A stretch of DNA of 64,000 nucleotides from Nemertoderma westbladi (taxonomy: Eukaryota > Animalia > Xenacoelomorpha). Every line of letters begins with the position of its first letter. Position 1 is the stretch's first letter. This document shows, in pieces, positions 24,555-36,909 of this stretch. Below the pieces are notes generated by a model. It saw only the letters and a program-made list of their open reading frames with translations, did not search any database and was not told where the DNA came from. The stretch is from NCBI GenBank assembly GCA_032718475.1, contig JAUCBJ010000042.1, positions 1 through 64,000 of the forward strand. Direction: 5' to 3'. A program made the translations under genes and the position numbers.

Positions 24555-25905
24555 ACCAGTATGAAGTGCACTGCACCAATACGAAGTGCACTGCACCAGT
24601 ATGAGGTGCACTGTACCAGTACGAAGTGCACTGCACCTGTACGAAGTGCACTGCAAAAGTGCGAAGTAGACTGCACCAATATGAAGTGCGCTGCAACAGT
24701 ATGAGGTGCACTGTACCAGTACGAAGTGCACTGCACCTGTACGAAGTACACTGCACCAGTATGAAGTACACTGCACCAGTATGAGGTGCACTGTACCAGT
24801 ACGAAGTGCACTGCACCTGTACGAAATGCACTGCACCAGTGCGAAGTACACTGCACCAGTATGAAGTACACTGCACCAGTATGAGGTGCACTGTACCAGT
24901 ACGAAGTGCACTGCACCTGTACGAAGTGCACTGCACCAGTGCGAAGTACACTGCACCAGTATGAAGTACACTGCACCAGTATGAGGTGCACTGTACCAGT
25001 ACGAAGTGCACTGCACCTGTACGAAGTGCACTGCAAAAGTGCGAAGTAGACTGCACCAATATGAAGTGCGCTGCAACAGTATGAAGTGCACAGCACCAGT
25101 ATGAATTGCACTGAACCAGTATGAAGTGCACTCTTTCAACGATGCAATGTGCACTGCATCAGTATAAGGTATACTGCATCAGTACGAAGTGCACTGCACC
25201 AGTACGAAGTGTACTGCACCAGAACCAAGTGCACTGCACCAGTATGGAGTGCACTGTAACATGCGAAGTGCACTCATTCAGCGCTTCAATGTGCACTGCA
25301 CCAGTGTATAGTGCACTGCACCAGTAAGAAGTGCACTGCACCAGTACGAAGTGCACTGCACCAGTACGAAGTGCACTGCACCAGTACGAAGTGCACTGCA
25401 CCAGTACGAAGTGCACTGCACCAGTACGAAGTGCACTGCACCAGTATGAAGTGCACTGCACCAACCAGTATCAAGTACACTGCCCCAGTACGAAGTATAA
25501 AGCACCAGTATCAAGTGCACTGCACTGGATAAAAATGCACCGCACCAGTGCTAAGTGCACTACCATGTTACGAAGTGCACTAATTCAACAGTGCACTGCA
25601 CCCGTATAGAGTGCACTGCACCAGTATAAAGTGCACTGCACCAGAACGAAGTGCACTGCACCAGAACGAAGTGCACTGCATCAGTGCGACGTGCACTACC
25701 CAGGTACAAAATGCACTCATTTACCGGTGCAATATGCACTTCACCAGTATAGAGTGCACTGCACTGGATCAATGTGTACTGCATCCAGTATGAAGTGTAC
25801 CGCACTTTATCAGGGTACACCACACCAGTGCGAAGTGCACTTCACCGGTACAAAATGCAGTAATTCCCCAGTGCGAAGTGCACTACACCGGAACGTAGTG
25901 CACTA
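24555..25905. repeat. Minisatellite, ~20-bp unit with higher-order blocks
   Basis: GAAGTGCACTGCACCAGTAY units with a palindromic AGTGCACT core; more degenerate to the right. Confidence 0.9.
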
Positions 25906-26436
25906 ATTCACCATCGCTACTAGACCCTGACGAAAAACCTTCAAATCACCACCACTCGAACAATCGTCATCGATGGAATTACACCCAGGAAGCAGGATTA
26001 TCCCTGCTTCGTCCGGATAAGAACAGCGTAGTCAGTTCTCCCCCAACTGATTGTTCCATCACGGGACACTCTTATTCTATTACGCTCAATGAGTTCATCA
26101 TCGCCCATTCTTATAAGGACAATTATGTTATAATCCAAAAAAGATAGATAGATCGATCGATATATTTATTTATTTATACATTATGTAAAATCAATAACAA
26201 ATACACCAAACAATGTACCGGTTAAAGGTATTGTCCAACATAACATATAGATTACCCCACAAGTTTTGCAGCTATTTCCAAGGGGGTCCTTTATGTTACT
26301 TGGTTACAAATACAATATTACACTACGCTAACCTAAAACGAATATAAAAAGTAATTACACTATGTATAGTACAACTTTACCGAGAGCGTGACAATGCCCG
26401 ACTCAACGATAAAGATGTAATGTACAGAACAATTTA

Positions 26437-27100
26437 TTATAAAACGTAATTACAGTATAAATAGTAAATAATTAATAAACTAATAACTTCTGTAGGACTA
26501 TTGTACCTATTTTTACATTGCACATGGAGGTGAGATTTAACTGCAGATTTAAAAGAATGTTGATTATCTAGGTTTTTAATTTCATTAGGCAGAGCGTTCC
26601 AATTTTTAATACCGTTAAAAAAGAAAGTATCAGATTCAAAGGATTTACAATTCGGGAGGTAGAAGTTTGAAGCACTAGCTCTGGTACTGTAAGAGTGTGT
26701 ATCGCGTACTCTGTTGAATTTTTGTTTTAGGTAATTGGGACATTTACCATTATACACTTTATGCACATGGTTAAGGCGTAGCTGCTTAATTCTACTATCT
26801 AAGTTACAGATTATCCTAAGACAAAGTAGTCCAGATTCAGAAAAGTCATCTGGAGTTTGGTGGTGCCTAGGTTTGTAGTCTTTAATAAATCGTACTACTA
26901 TATTCTGAGCTACTTGTAATTTACATTTAAACTGTTTGGTTAAGCCTTCATTCCAAGAAGAGCATGCATAGTCCATGTGACACTGTATTAAAGAAGAGCA
27001 AAGTAACTTGCGGGAGTCGGTGTTTAAACTATTTTTATTTCTGTATAGAAACCTAAGCCTACTGTTAACTTTCGAGAAAATATTTTTCACGAATTTTTCA
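26437..27100 (-). mobile_element. 3' fragment of an L2/CR1-group LINE ORF2
   Basis: KVNSRLRFLYR, LIQCHMDYACSSW, KLQVAQN, HSYSTR, WNALPNEIK and FKSAVK; same clade as 15200-16290. Confidence 0.8.
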
Positions 27101-28006
27101 TGAAGTATGTAAATAGGTAATAAGTATAAAAATGATAAATAGAACTGAATCAATATTTACTCAGTGAAAATGTGGCCAAAGTTAATCGCTGTGATGTGAT
27201 GAGCCATTAGCACAAAAAATGTACTCGGTTATTTCAATTTCTTATATATAAATTATTAAAAAATGTAACACAAGGGGTGATTAAAAGTGGCCAAAATTAA
27301 CGCATTTTTTATGAAAATTATATATAATATAACAAACGTTGCGTTGTTCGCCTCAAAACGGATGCACTTTGACACTTTTGGACATGACACTAGGATGTCG
27401 TGTATTTACTGCATGCTGTTATTGTATGGGTATCGGTATCGGTTTTATCATAGGCCTACCTGAAACAGGTCTGATATTATGTTTTAAACGTCACGACGTT
27501 GTCATTGCGAATTACTATCAGTTTGCTTAACACGGTACAGTACTGCAGTATCAAGTACCGGTTGTCTCATAATTTCCTAAGATCAGTGATTTGCACTATG
27601 CAGTGCAATAGGCACACCGTTTTCAAACACCCAGTAAGGAACTCAAACAATCTGTTTCAAATTTGAGATTTCATTAATAGCCTATTGTGGAAGATATAGT
27701 TAAGGGGTTGGGGGAGATAACCACACCACAAAATATTTCGATCGGTGTAGTATAGGTACCGTACTAAATCATATAAAACTATAATAAAAAACACTGAAAC
27801 TGAAAATACAGTACCAGTATGCACACTTAGGTAGGCAGGGTACTGGTAGGACTAGTATAGGTCTATGTGTTAGGCCTACTTATATTAGTTTTATTAGGCC
27901 TACTTATTCTATTAGGCCTACTGAGTAGGCCTTCAGGTATATTGTACTAATAAAATATTATTTGTGGCTATTTCCTACCATATCAATATCTCATCACCTC
28001 GTTACC

Positions 28007-28321
28007 ATGGATGACGAAGAGTATTCATACAACAGTGACACTGACAGCGTTGTTACTAAGCAGGGAACTGTTACCTGTGAAGAAGACATTGCCGAAACTG
28101 AAGCGCAGCTCACTGTCGATAAGAGTGACTACAAGGAAATGCGAGAACAGTTGGACGATCTTGATGACATTCTAAAATACTGCAAGGAGGCTTTATCAGC
28201 CGCCAAATTGCGACTCGCTATTATTCATATTGACTTAGTTACACTATTTGATCCGTATGTGGCTGAGGACGAGAAAATTTGCGCTGAAACCGCAGAGAAT
28301 ACTGATATAAACTTAGCATGA
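28007..28321 (+). CDS. Hypothetical small acidic protein (104 aa), possible coiled coil
   Basis: ACCATGG start context, higher GC than the flanks, protein-like composition (MDDEEYSYNSD...YKEMREQLDDLDDILKYCKEALSAAKLRL), AATAAA at ~28435. No family recognised. Confidence 0.4.
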   Translation: MDDEEYSYNSDTDSVVTKQGTVTCEEDIAETEAQLTVDKSDYKEMREQLDDLDDILKYCKEALSAAKLRLAIIHIDLVTLFDPYVAEDEKICAETAENTDINLA

Positions 28322-28645
28322 ACCTCTTCTTTGTTCATTTTACAGTTCAAAAACTAAGAGATCTATACAATTTATTGTTAATTGTTTTTGCATTAGGCAT
28401 ACCAATACTGCAATGGCTGAATAAGTTCGTCTCAAAATAAAAATAATTATCAATGAGGAAGAAAGGATTTTAAACAATAATACGCGCCCATGTGGGTGGG
28501 TGCGAATGGGGGAAGGTGGATGGGAATGTAGGATGCTGGGAAGATGGAAAGGTGGGTGATGGGAAAGTCGGGAGGTGGATGGAAATGTGGGTTGGAATCT
28601 AGGATGCTGGGAAGATGGAAAGGTGGGTGATGGGAATGTCGGGAG

Positions 28646-29800
28646 TGTTCGCGCTTTCAGACCTTTAGCAGTTTAACCTGCCAAATTTAGATGTCTTCTA
28701 GATTATAAATCGACTTTAGCCTATGACGAGTATTTGATACACTACATTAGCCGAAGCCAGTCTATGCGCGACCATTCACCCGCTGGATATACCCGGGAGA
28801 CTGGATTCGGAAGCTTTGACCTTATTGCGGTGTAGGCCTACTGTATTATTCGACTGATCGTTAACATATAATTTCTGACAAATATTATTCACTTTCGGGA
28901 AATATTAACAGTTCCTTTAGGACGTGGCGCTCTAAATATGTAAACAGAGTTATGACTTACACTAGACACAACGGGATGGCTATGGATTCACGTATAAAGC
29001 GCATTCTTTAGGAGATGCTTTGTTATCAGTCACAATCATGCACACTACCGCACAATGCTGCACACCGATCTGCCGACCTTCACTAATTTTAGTCACATAT
29101 AAAGAGAACAACCACCGACTCATGTAGTGCCTATGAAATAGCATTAGATTCACTCCAAAACCACTTTAATGTAAGTCGCAATTGTTATATGTAACCGGTC
29201 TCTCTAACCTTCAGTATATCAAGAAGATTGGGGTTTTCTGATTATTTGTCGATATTATCCAAATATAACAAGATTCCATCAACTGATATAATTAATAACC
29301 GAATAAACCATAAATAGCAGTGAAATAATGCGGTGAAAGCATAATGCATATGTACTGAGTTGGTTTGATAACAGTTATACGTTTCTATGACCAAAGCCTA
29401 CTAATGTTTGGCTAAAGCCTGAAACACAGCAATTCCAAAGCCGGTCTTCTGGCTGTGGACAAAATACACATACTGACTCAATTCATGAGTTTCTGTATAC
29501 AATCTCCAACACAGAGTCAAAAAACGCTCTGATTGGTCGACCGAACAAAGAGAGAACAAAGAACAAAGAAATGTTACACGTGGACATATCAGCTGTTAGA
29601 TGTCGTCATGGTAACTACACTGTATCAAGAGGATTTTGGCTTATTGCGACATAAGATCGCTAGTTATGTCCGCTAAAGTACACAGCTAGTTATGTCCGCT
29701 AAGGCACACATACAGAAGAAATGGCTCTTTATATCCACTAAAACACCTACAGAGTACTTTGCGGGGAAAATAACTAGCTAGATCCGCAAAAGCCTTTACA
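28646..29800 (-). mobile_element. Solo LTR of the BEL/Pao family (1155 bp) with 5-bp TSD GGGAG
   Basis: GGGAG|TGTTCGCGCTTTCAGACC...GCAAAAGCCTTTACA|GGGAG; reverse complement of the E2 LTR. Confidence 0.95.
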
Positions 29801-31269
29801 GGGAGGTGGATGGGAATGTGGGAAGATGGAAGGAAAGGTGGGTGATAGGAATGTTGGGAGGTGGGTGGGAATGTGGGAAGATGGAAGGAAAGGTGGGTGA
29901 TAGGAATGTCGGGAGGTGGGTGGGAATGTGGGAAGATGGAAGGAAAGGTGGATGGGAATGTGGGAAGATAGATAGAAAGGTGGATGGGAATGTGGGAAGA
30001 TAGATAGAAAGGTGGATGGGAATGTGGGAAGATAGATAGAAAGGTGGATGGGAATGTGGGAAGATAGATAGAAAGGTGGATGGGAATGTGGGAAGATGGA
30101 TAGGAATGTGGGAAGATAGATTAAAGGTGGATGGGAATGTGGGAAGATGGAGAGGAATGTGGGAAGATAGATAGAAAGGTGGATGGGAATGTGGGAAGGT
30201 GGATGGGAATATGGGAAGATAGATAGAAAGGTGGATGGGAATGTGGGGAGATGGATAGGAATGTGGGAAGATAGATAGAAAGGTGGATGGGGATGTGGGA
30301 AGATGGATTGGAATGTGGGAAGATAGATAGAAAGGTGGATGGGAATGTGGGAAGATAGATAGAAAGGTGGATGGGAATGTGGGAAGATGAATAGGAATAT
30401 GGGAAGATAGATAGAAAGGTGGATGGGATGTGGGAAGATGGATAAGAATGTAGGAAGATATATAGAAAGGTGGATGGGAATGTGGGAAGATAGATAGAAA
30501 GGTGGATGGGAATGTGGGAAGATAGATAGAAAGGTGGATGGGAATGTGGGAAGATAGATAGAAAGGTGGATGGGGATGTGGGAAGATGGATAGGAATGTG
30601 AGAAGATAGATAGAAAGGTGGATGGCAATGTGGGAAGATAGATAGAAAGGTAGATGGGAATGTGGGAAGATAGATAGAAAGGTGGATATGGATATGGGAA
30701 GATGGATAGGAATGTGGGAAGATAGATAGAAAGGTGGATGGGAATGTGGGAAGATAGATAGAAAGGTGGATGGGAATGTGGGAAGATAGATATAAAGGTG
30801 GATGGGAATGTGGGAAGATGGTTAGGAATGTGGGAAGATGGATAGGAATGTGGGAAGATAGATAGAAAGGTGGATGGGAATGTGGGAATATAGATAGAAA
30901 GGTGGATGGGAATGTGGGAAGATGGATAGGAATGTGGGAAGATAGATAGAAAGGTGGATGGGAATGTCGGAAGATAGATAGAAATGTGGATGGGAATGTG
31001 GAAGGTGGATGGGGATGTGGGAAGATGGATAGGAATGTGAGAAGATAGATAGAAAGGTGGATGGCAATGTGGGAAGATAGATAGAAAGGTAGATGGGAAT
31101 GTGGGAAGATAGATAGAAAGGTGGATATGGATATGGGAAGATGGATATGAATGTGGGAAGATATATAGAAATGTGGATGGGAATGTGGGAAGATAGATAG
31201 AAAGAAGGTGGATGGGAATGTGGGAAGATAGATAGACAGGTGGATGGGAATGTGGGAAGATAGATAGAA

Positions 31270-32745
31270 ACTACTACTACTAGGATCGGCATGCTGCATT
31301 GCAGCTGCATTTTTAAGAATGCTGTGCCGGCTTGTCAACAAAATTACACCGCCACAACTCCCTATCACCCATGACATTTGCTAGATCATCCGCATCTTTA
31401 AGGCCAGTGTCCTTTAAGATGCGTCTCAAGAAAGTCATGGGCTGTCCACCATGCTTATTCACTCCATGAGGCTGCCAAAGTACAAGATTATGCACTGGCT
31501 GGTCCTCACGGCGAAAGCAATGTCCTGCAAAGCGGAGGCGATTTTGTTCTAGTGTCAAGCTTGGGGGAACCAATGAGACACCTCCAATGTTATATAGTGT
31601 CTGGTTGGTGATGTGTGCATTGTACTTGACACAATGTACCCGGCGTAGCATTCTTGTGAATGTGCCATCCAGAGATTTGGTGTCCTCAGCAGTTAGAGCC
31701 CAGCATGGACTCCCGTAGAGAAGTACTGGAACTACTGCTGCTCTAAATAATCGGACCTTAAGTTTCCGATTAATTCTAGGTGACTTCCAAATCCTGGAAA
31801 GCCTATTCAAGGCTGCCCATGCCTTTCCCTTACGTATTCGAAGGTCCTCACCTGACTTCCGGATCCATGATCCCAGGTAACAGAAGTCGTCCACATGCTC
31901 AAGCATACCATCCTTTGAGCTTATGCTCATCCGATCAGAGACTTGCTGAGGACTTTCAAAGTTAACTGTCAGAATTTTGGTCTTTCTGGAGTTAATAAAA
32001 AGACCAACACTAGAAGCAGCATGTTCTAATGAGCTGAGGAGCCGTTGGGCTCCCTCTAATGATTCTGAGAGTACTCCTAAGTCATCAGCAAAGTCTAGAT
32101 CAGTTAGGTACTTGGCAGGATTTCCTCTACTTCTGGAGCCAGTAGGTGGAGTTATCATCACCCCATCATCATTATGATGATCTAAGGACATGCGTAGAAC
32201 ATAGTCAACCACAATAATGAACAAGAATGGTGCAAGTGTGTCTCCTTGGAGGACGCCCCATAACACTTCAAATGGTTCTGTGTCACCGTCAACAGTAGAC
32301 ACAAATGTTGTCGAACCATCGTATACTGATCTGATTGCTGCAATAATTTCATCAGGAATCCCATATAATGAAAGTATGCTGAACATACGTGAGCGAGAGA
32401 CTGAATCAAAGGCCTTGAAGAAGTCAACAAAGATAACAGCCAGATGCCTGTCTTTCTTTTTTGATAACTCTTCAATTATCCTTCTAAGTGCCAAAATGGG
32501 CTCCATGGTCCCACGACCTTTACGGAACCCATTCTGATTTCCACGTAGCAGTCTCTCAATGGGATCCCTGATGCGATTTAATAGAATTATATTGCATAGT
32601 TTTGCAGCAATCGAGATCAATGAGATTCCCCGAAAAGAACCATAGAGTGTTAGGTTGCCCTTCTTGGGAACTGGCACCAACTTATTTGTTTTCATTTCTT
32701 GTGGGACTCTTGTTGTACGGTACATGTCTACTATGATGGGATAGA
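31270..32745 (-). mobile_element. 5'-truncated RTE-clade LINE inserted in the satellite
   Basis: Very short 3' UTR followed by a (TAG)n tail (ACTACTACTACT on +); uninterrupted RT ORF. Confidence 0.9.
31313..32725 (-). CDS. Non-LTR reverse transcriptase (RTE clade), 5'-truncated, no endonuclease
   Basis: FRGISLIS, NQNGFRKGR, FVDFFKAFDSV, GVLQGDTLAPFLF, DLDFADDL, FCYLGS. Confidence 0.9.
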   Translation of the reverse strand: MYRTTRVPQEMKTNKLVPVPKKGNLTLYGSFRGISLISIAAKLCNIILLNRIRDPIERLLRGNQNGFRKGRGTMEPILALRRIIEELSKKKDRHLAVIFVDFFKAFDSVSRSRMFSILSLYGIPDEIIAAIRSVYDGSTTFVSTVDGDTEPFEVLWGVLQGDTLAPFLFIIVVDYVLRMSLDHHNDDGVMITPPTGSRSRGNPAKYLTDLDFADDLGVLSESLEGAQRLLSSLEHAASSVGLFINSRKTKILTVNFESPQQVSDRMSISSKDGMLEHVDDFCYLGSWIRKSGEDLRIRKGKAWAALNRLSRIWKSPRINRKLKVRLFRAAVVPVLLYGSPCWALTAEDTKSLDGTFTRMLRRVHCVKYNAHITNQTLYNIGGVSLVPPSLTLEQNRLRFAGHCFRREDQPVHNLVLWQPHGVNKHGGQPMTFLRRILKDTGLKDADDLANVMGDRELWRCNFVDKPAQHS

Positions 32746-33862
32746 TGGGATAGATAGAAAGGTGGATGGGAATGTGGGAAGATAGATAGAAAGGTGGATG
32801 GGGATGTGGGAAGATGGATAGGAATGTGGGAAGATAGATAGAAAGATGGATAGGAATGTGAGAAGATAGATAGAAAGGTGGATGGGGATGTGGGAAGATG
32901 GATAGGAATGTGGGAAGATAGATAGAAAGGTGGATGGGAATGTGGGAAGATGAATAGGAATATGGGAAGATAGATAGAAAGGTGGATGGGAATGTGGGAA
33001 GATGAATAGGAATATGGGAAGATAGATAGAAAGGTGGATAGGAATGTGGGAAGATAGATAGAAAGGTGGATGGGATGTGGGAAGATAGATAGAAAGGTGG
33101 ATGGGGATGTGGGAAGATGGATAGGAATGTGGGAAGATAGATAGAAAGGTGGATGGGAATGTGGGAAGATGAATAGGAATATGGGAAGATAGATAGAAAG
33201 GTGGATAGTAATGTGGGAAGATAGATAGAAAGGTGGATGGGATGTGGGAAGATAGATATAAAGGTGGATGGGATGTGGGAAGATGGATAGGAATGTGGGA
33301 AGATAGATAGAAAGATGGATAGGAATGTGGGAAGATAGATAGAAAGGTGGATGGGGATGTGGGAAGATGGATAGGAATGTGGGAAGATAGATAGAAAGGT
33401 GGATGGGAATGTGGGAAGATGAATAGGAATATGGGAAGATAGATAGAAAGGTGGATAGGAATGTGGGAAGATAGATAGAAAGGTGGATGGGATGTGGGAA
33501 AGATAGAAAGGTGGATGGGAATGTGGGAAGATGAATAGGAATATGGGAAGATAGATAGAAAGGTGGATGGGATGTGGGAAGATAGATATAAAGGTGGATG
33601 GGATGTGGGAAGATTGATAGAAATGTGGGAAGATATATAGAAATGTGGATGGGAATGTGGGAAGATAGATAGAAAGGTGGATGGGGATGTGGGAAGATAG
33701 ATAGACAGGTGGATGGGAATGTGGGAAGATAGATAGAAAGGTGGATGGGGATGTGGGAAGATGGATAGGAATGTGGGAAGATAGATAGAAAGATGGATAG
33801 GAATGTGGGAAGATAGATAGAAAGGTGGATGGGGATGTGGGAAGATGGATAGGAATGTGGGA

Positions 33863-35037
33863 TGTAAAGGCTTTTGCGGAATTAGCTAGTTATTTTCCCC
33901 GCAAAGTACTCTGTAGTTGTTTTAACGGACATAAAAAGCCGTTTCCTTACTGTACCGGTGTTTTAGTGGACATAAAAAGCCATTTCTTCTGTATGTGTAC
34001 TTTAGCGGACATAACTAGCGATTTTATGTCGCAATAAGCCAAATACTCTAAACATCGGAACTAAGATGACGACATCTATCAGCTGTGTCCACGTGTAACT
34101 TTTTCTTTGTTCTTTGTTCGTTCTTTGTTCGGTCGACCAATCAGAACGGTTTTCACTCTGTGTTGGAGATTGTATGCAGAGGCTCACGCAATTCAGTCAG
34201 TGTGTGTATCTTTCTAAGCCCAGAACACCGGCTTAGGATTCTTCTGTACTTCTGTGGATGTTTCAGACTTTAGCCAAACATTAGTAGGCTTTGGTCATAG
34301 AAACGTATAACTGTTATCTAATCACATATCAAACCAAAACATATTGTCACATACTAACACCGCATTTTTACTGCTATTTACTGTCGGTTATTAATTATAT
34401 CAGTTGATGGAATATTATTATATTTGGATAATATCGATAAATAATCATGAAACCCCAATCTTCTTGATATACTGAAGGTAAGAGACAGGTTACATATAGC
34501 AATTGCGACTTACATTAAAGTGGTTTTGGAGTGAATCTAATGCTATTTCATAGGCACTACATGTGTCGGTTGTTGTTCTCTTTATATGTGACTAAAATTA
34601 GTGAAGGTCGGCAGATCAGTGTGCAGCATTGTGCGGTAGTGTGCATGATTGTGACAGATAACAAAGCATCTCCTAAAGAATGCGCTTTATACGTGAATCA
34701 ATAGCCATCCCGTTGTGTCTAGTGTAAGTCATAACTCTGTTTACATATTTAGAGCGCCACGTCCTAAAGGAACTGTTAATATTTCCCGATAGTGAATAAT
34801 ATTTGAAGAAATTATATATTAACAATCAGTCGAATAATACAGTAGGCCTACACCGCAATAAGGTCAAAGCTTCCGAATCCAGTCTCCCGGGTATATCCAG
34901 CGGGTGAATGGTCGCGCATAGACTGGCTTCGGCTAATGTAGTGTATCAAATACTCGTCATAGGCTAAAGTCGATTTATAATCTAGAAGACATCTAAATTT
35001 GGCAGGTTAAACTGCTAAAGGTCTGAAAGCGCGAACA
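33863..35037 (+). repeat. 5' LTR of E2
   Basis: TGTAAAGGCTTTTGCGG...GTCTGAAAGCGCGAACA. Confidence 0.97.
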
Positions 35038-35048
35038 ATAACAGTTAT
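35038..35048 (+). promoter_or_regulatory. Non-tRNA primer-binding-site position, complementary to LTR positions 34307-34317
   Basis: ATAACAGTTAT is the reverse complement of ATAACTGTTAT. The equivalent pair in E1 is 3453-3464 with 4217-4228. Confidence 0.7.
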
Positions 35049-36909
35049 GATTTCTTATTGCAGTGTAGGCAATAAATACAGTTTAATATTGTTCTGGTAA
35101 GAACAATAACAGTTATAGCTTCTGTATTGCAGTAGGCAATAAAGCTGAAGTACCGGTCAACCGGTACCCAGTAGGCCTAACTACCTAACCACCCGAACCG
35201 GTACTTACAGCAGTACAGGTACAGCAGTATTATTCGATTTGATAATTATATACCGGTAGGCCTTAATATTTAATCTGGGACGGCTGCCCTGGTTTTTTAT
35301 TGAGATTTTACTTATTTCTGTCAGTTTTATTTATTTGTAGGTTAATATTGAGCAGAAGACGTGTACGCCTGCTCAGATTGTACAGATAATTTGTAGGCTG
35401 GACTGTTGTCTGACTGTTGTTAAGTCTGAAGATATTGTAGTGTGTGTAGAGTGTATGTCCAATGAAGTACTAGTTAGGAACGTAGGGGCTTCCAGTGCTG
35501 TGAGGTAAATCCCCCTGAAAGAATAAGTCGTACTACTCGGTTAGAACACATACTAACTAACCATTTCAGAGTCTGCATATACTGTAGTTTGTTTAGGCTT
35601 GATAGTAGTCTGCCAGCGTTTGGTCTGTATTTTTGTATGTGTAGTCTGTACGGGTAGCGTAATATTTCTTATTTAGATAATTTGTAGGCTGGATTGATGT
35701 CTGGCTGTTGTTAGGTCTGAAGAGATTGCGGTGTGTGTAGAGTGTATGTCCGATAAAGTACTAGTTAGGAACGTAGGGGCTTCCAGTGCTGTGAGGTAAA
35801 TCCCCCTGAAAGAATAAGTCGTACTACTCGGTTAGAACGCATACTAACTAACCATTTCGGAGTCTGCATATACTGTAGTTTGTTTGGGCTTGATAGTAGT
35901 CTGCCAGCGTTTGGTCTGAATTTTGTTTGAGTAGTCTGTACGCATAGTGTAATATTTATTATTCAGAGTTTATGCGATTATTCGCAACATTCACAACCCC
36001 AAGTTTATTCCTACAGTAATTGTGCTTGTTGTACATACCGTTATAGTTAAATTAACCCCGGTACTACATCAGGGCTGCTTGGCATAGGTAAAGACTGGTG
36101 ATTTTGTGCCCCGGTCACTCCAGCAGATACCGTGGTTCTTTTAGCTGTACAAGTATTTCTAACTGCTGATTATTTGTTGTATAAGTACTTGTACCTAATT
36201 TAGGGTTTAGTGTACAGTGCTTTCCGAAGGTAATTAGTGTGTAGGCAGTATATTTGTGTTGTAAAGTGGTTAATAGGCACGTTGGTTCTGGTAGACTGCG
36301 GTAATTAACTTCTAGGTAGGAACACTCCGTGATACATAACGTAGTACTTATAGCGATTCGGCTATAAGTCGTCAGAAGGTGGTATTTTTTCTATCTGGAC
36401 AACGCAGTATATTTACTACTGCTTAGTTATTTTCAAATACCGTAGTATCCTGTCTGTTTGTAATAACCAGATATTCTAACCCTTTGTTAGGCTGGTTTGT
36501 AGACTTTTTGTAAAATTACCCTAAAAATTCGTACGTGTAATTTTTGTGTTTATTTAGAGATTGTAATCTCACCCCGAATTGTACGTAATTTGTAGTATTA
36601 AGTAACTTAGGTAAATTAGAATTATTTGTTTTAGTGTCCAACAAGTAGCACTTCACTGAGAGCGTACAGCTTCTGTGCAGTGACTCCTTCCCAGAAATAA
36701 TAACATTTATTTCAAATATTGACAAAACCCATTAAACGGGTATATATATATATTATAAATCAACTCAAACCGATTTATAAAATAGTAGGCCTGTCATACA
36801 ACAATTAGGTCTTAATATCAGTTGGACTACTGCTTAAATAACAGTAATAAAGTAAAGTAAAGTAACCAAGTAACCCCTAAAATTCAGAAATTCAATTATT
36901 CTAAAATAA

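Noticed and set aside
24501-25906. Cys/His-rich ORFs resembling zinc fingers
   Set aside because: Translations of the 20-bp minisatellite in all frames.
35095-35100. TGG ~58 nt after the LTR as a conventional tRNA PBS
   Set aside because: Too far from the LTR end, lies in a hairpin, and has no counterpart in E1.
35420-35830. Hammerhead ribozyme in the leader repeats (CTGAAGA)
   Set aside because: The core is CTGAACG in E1, and I could not build stem II with a correctly placed GAAA.
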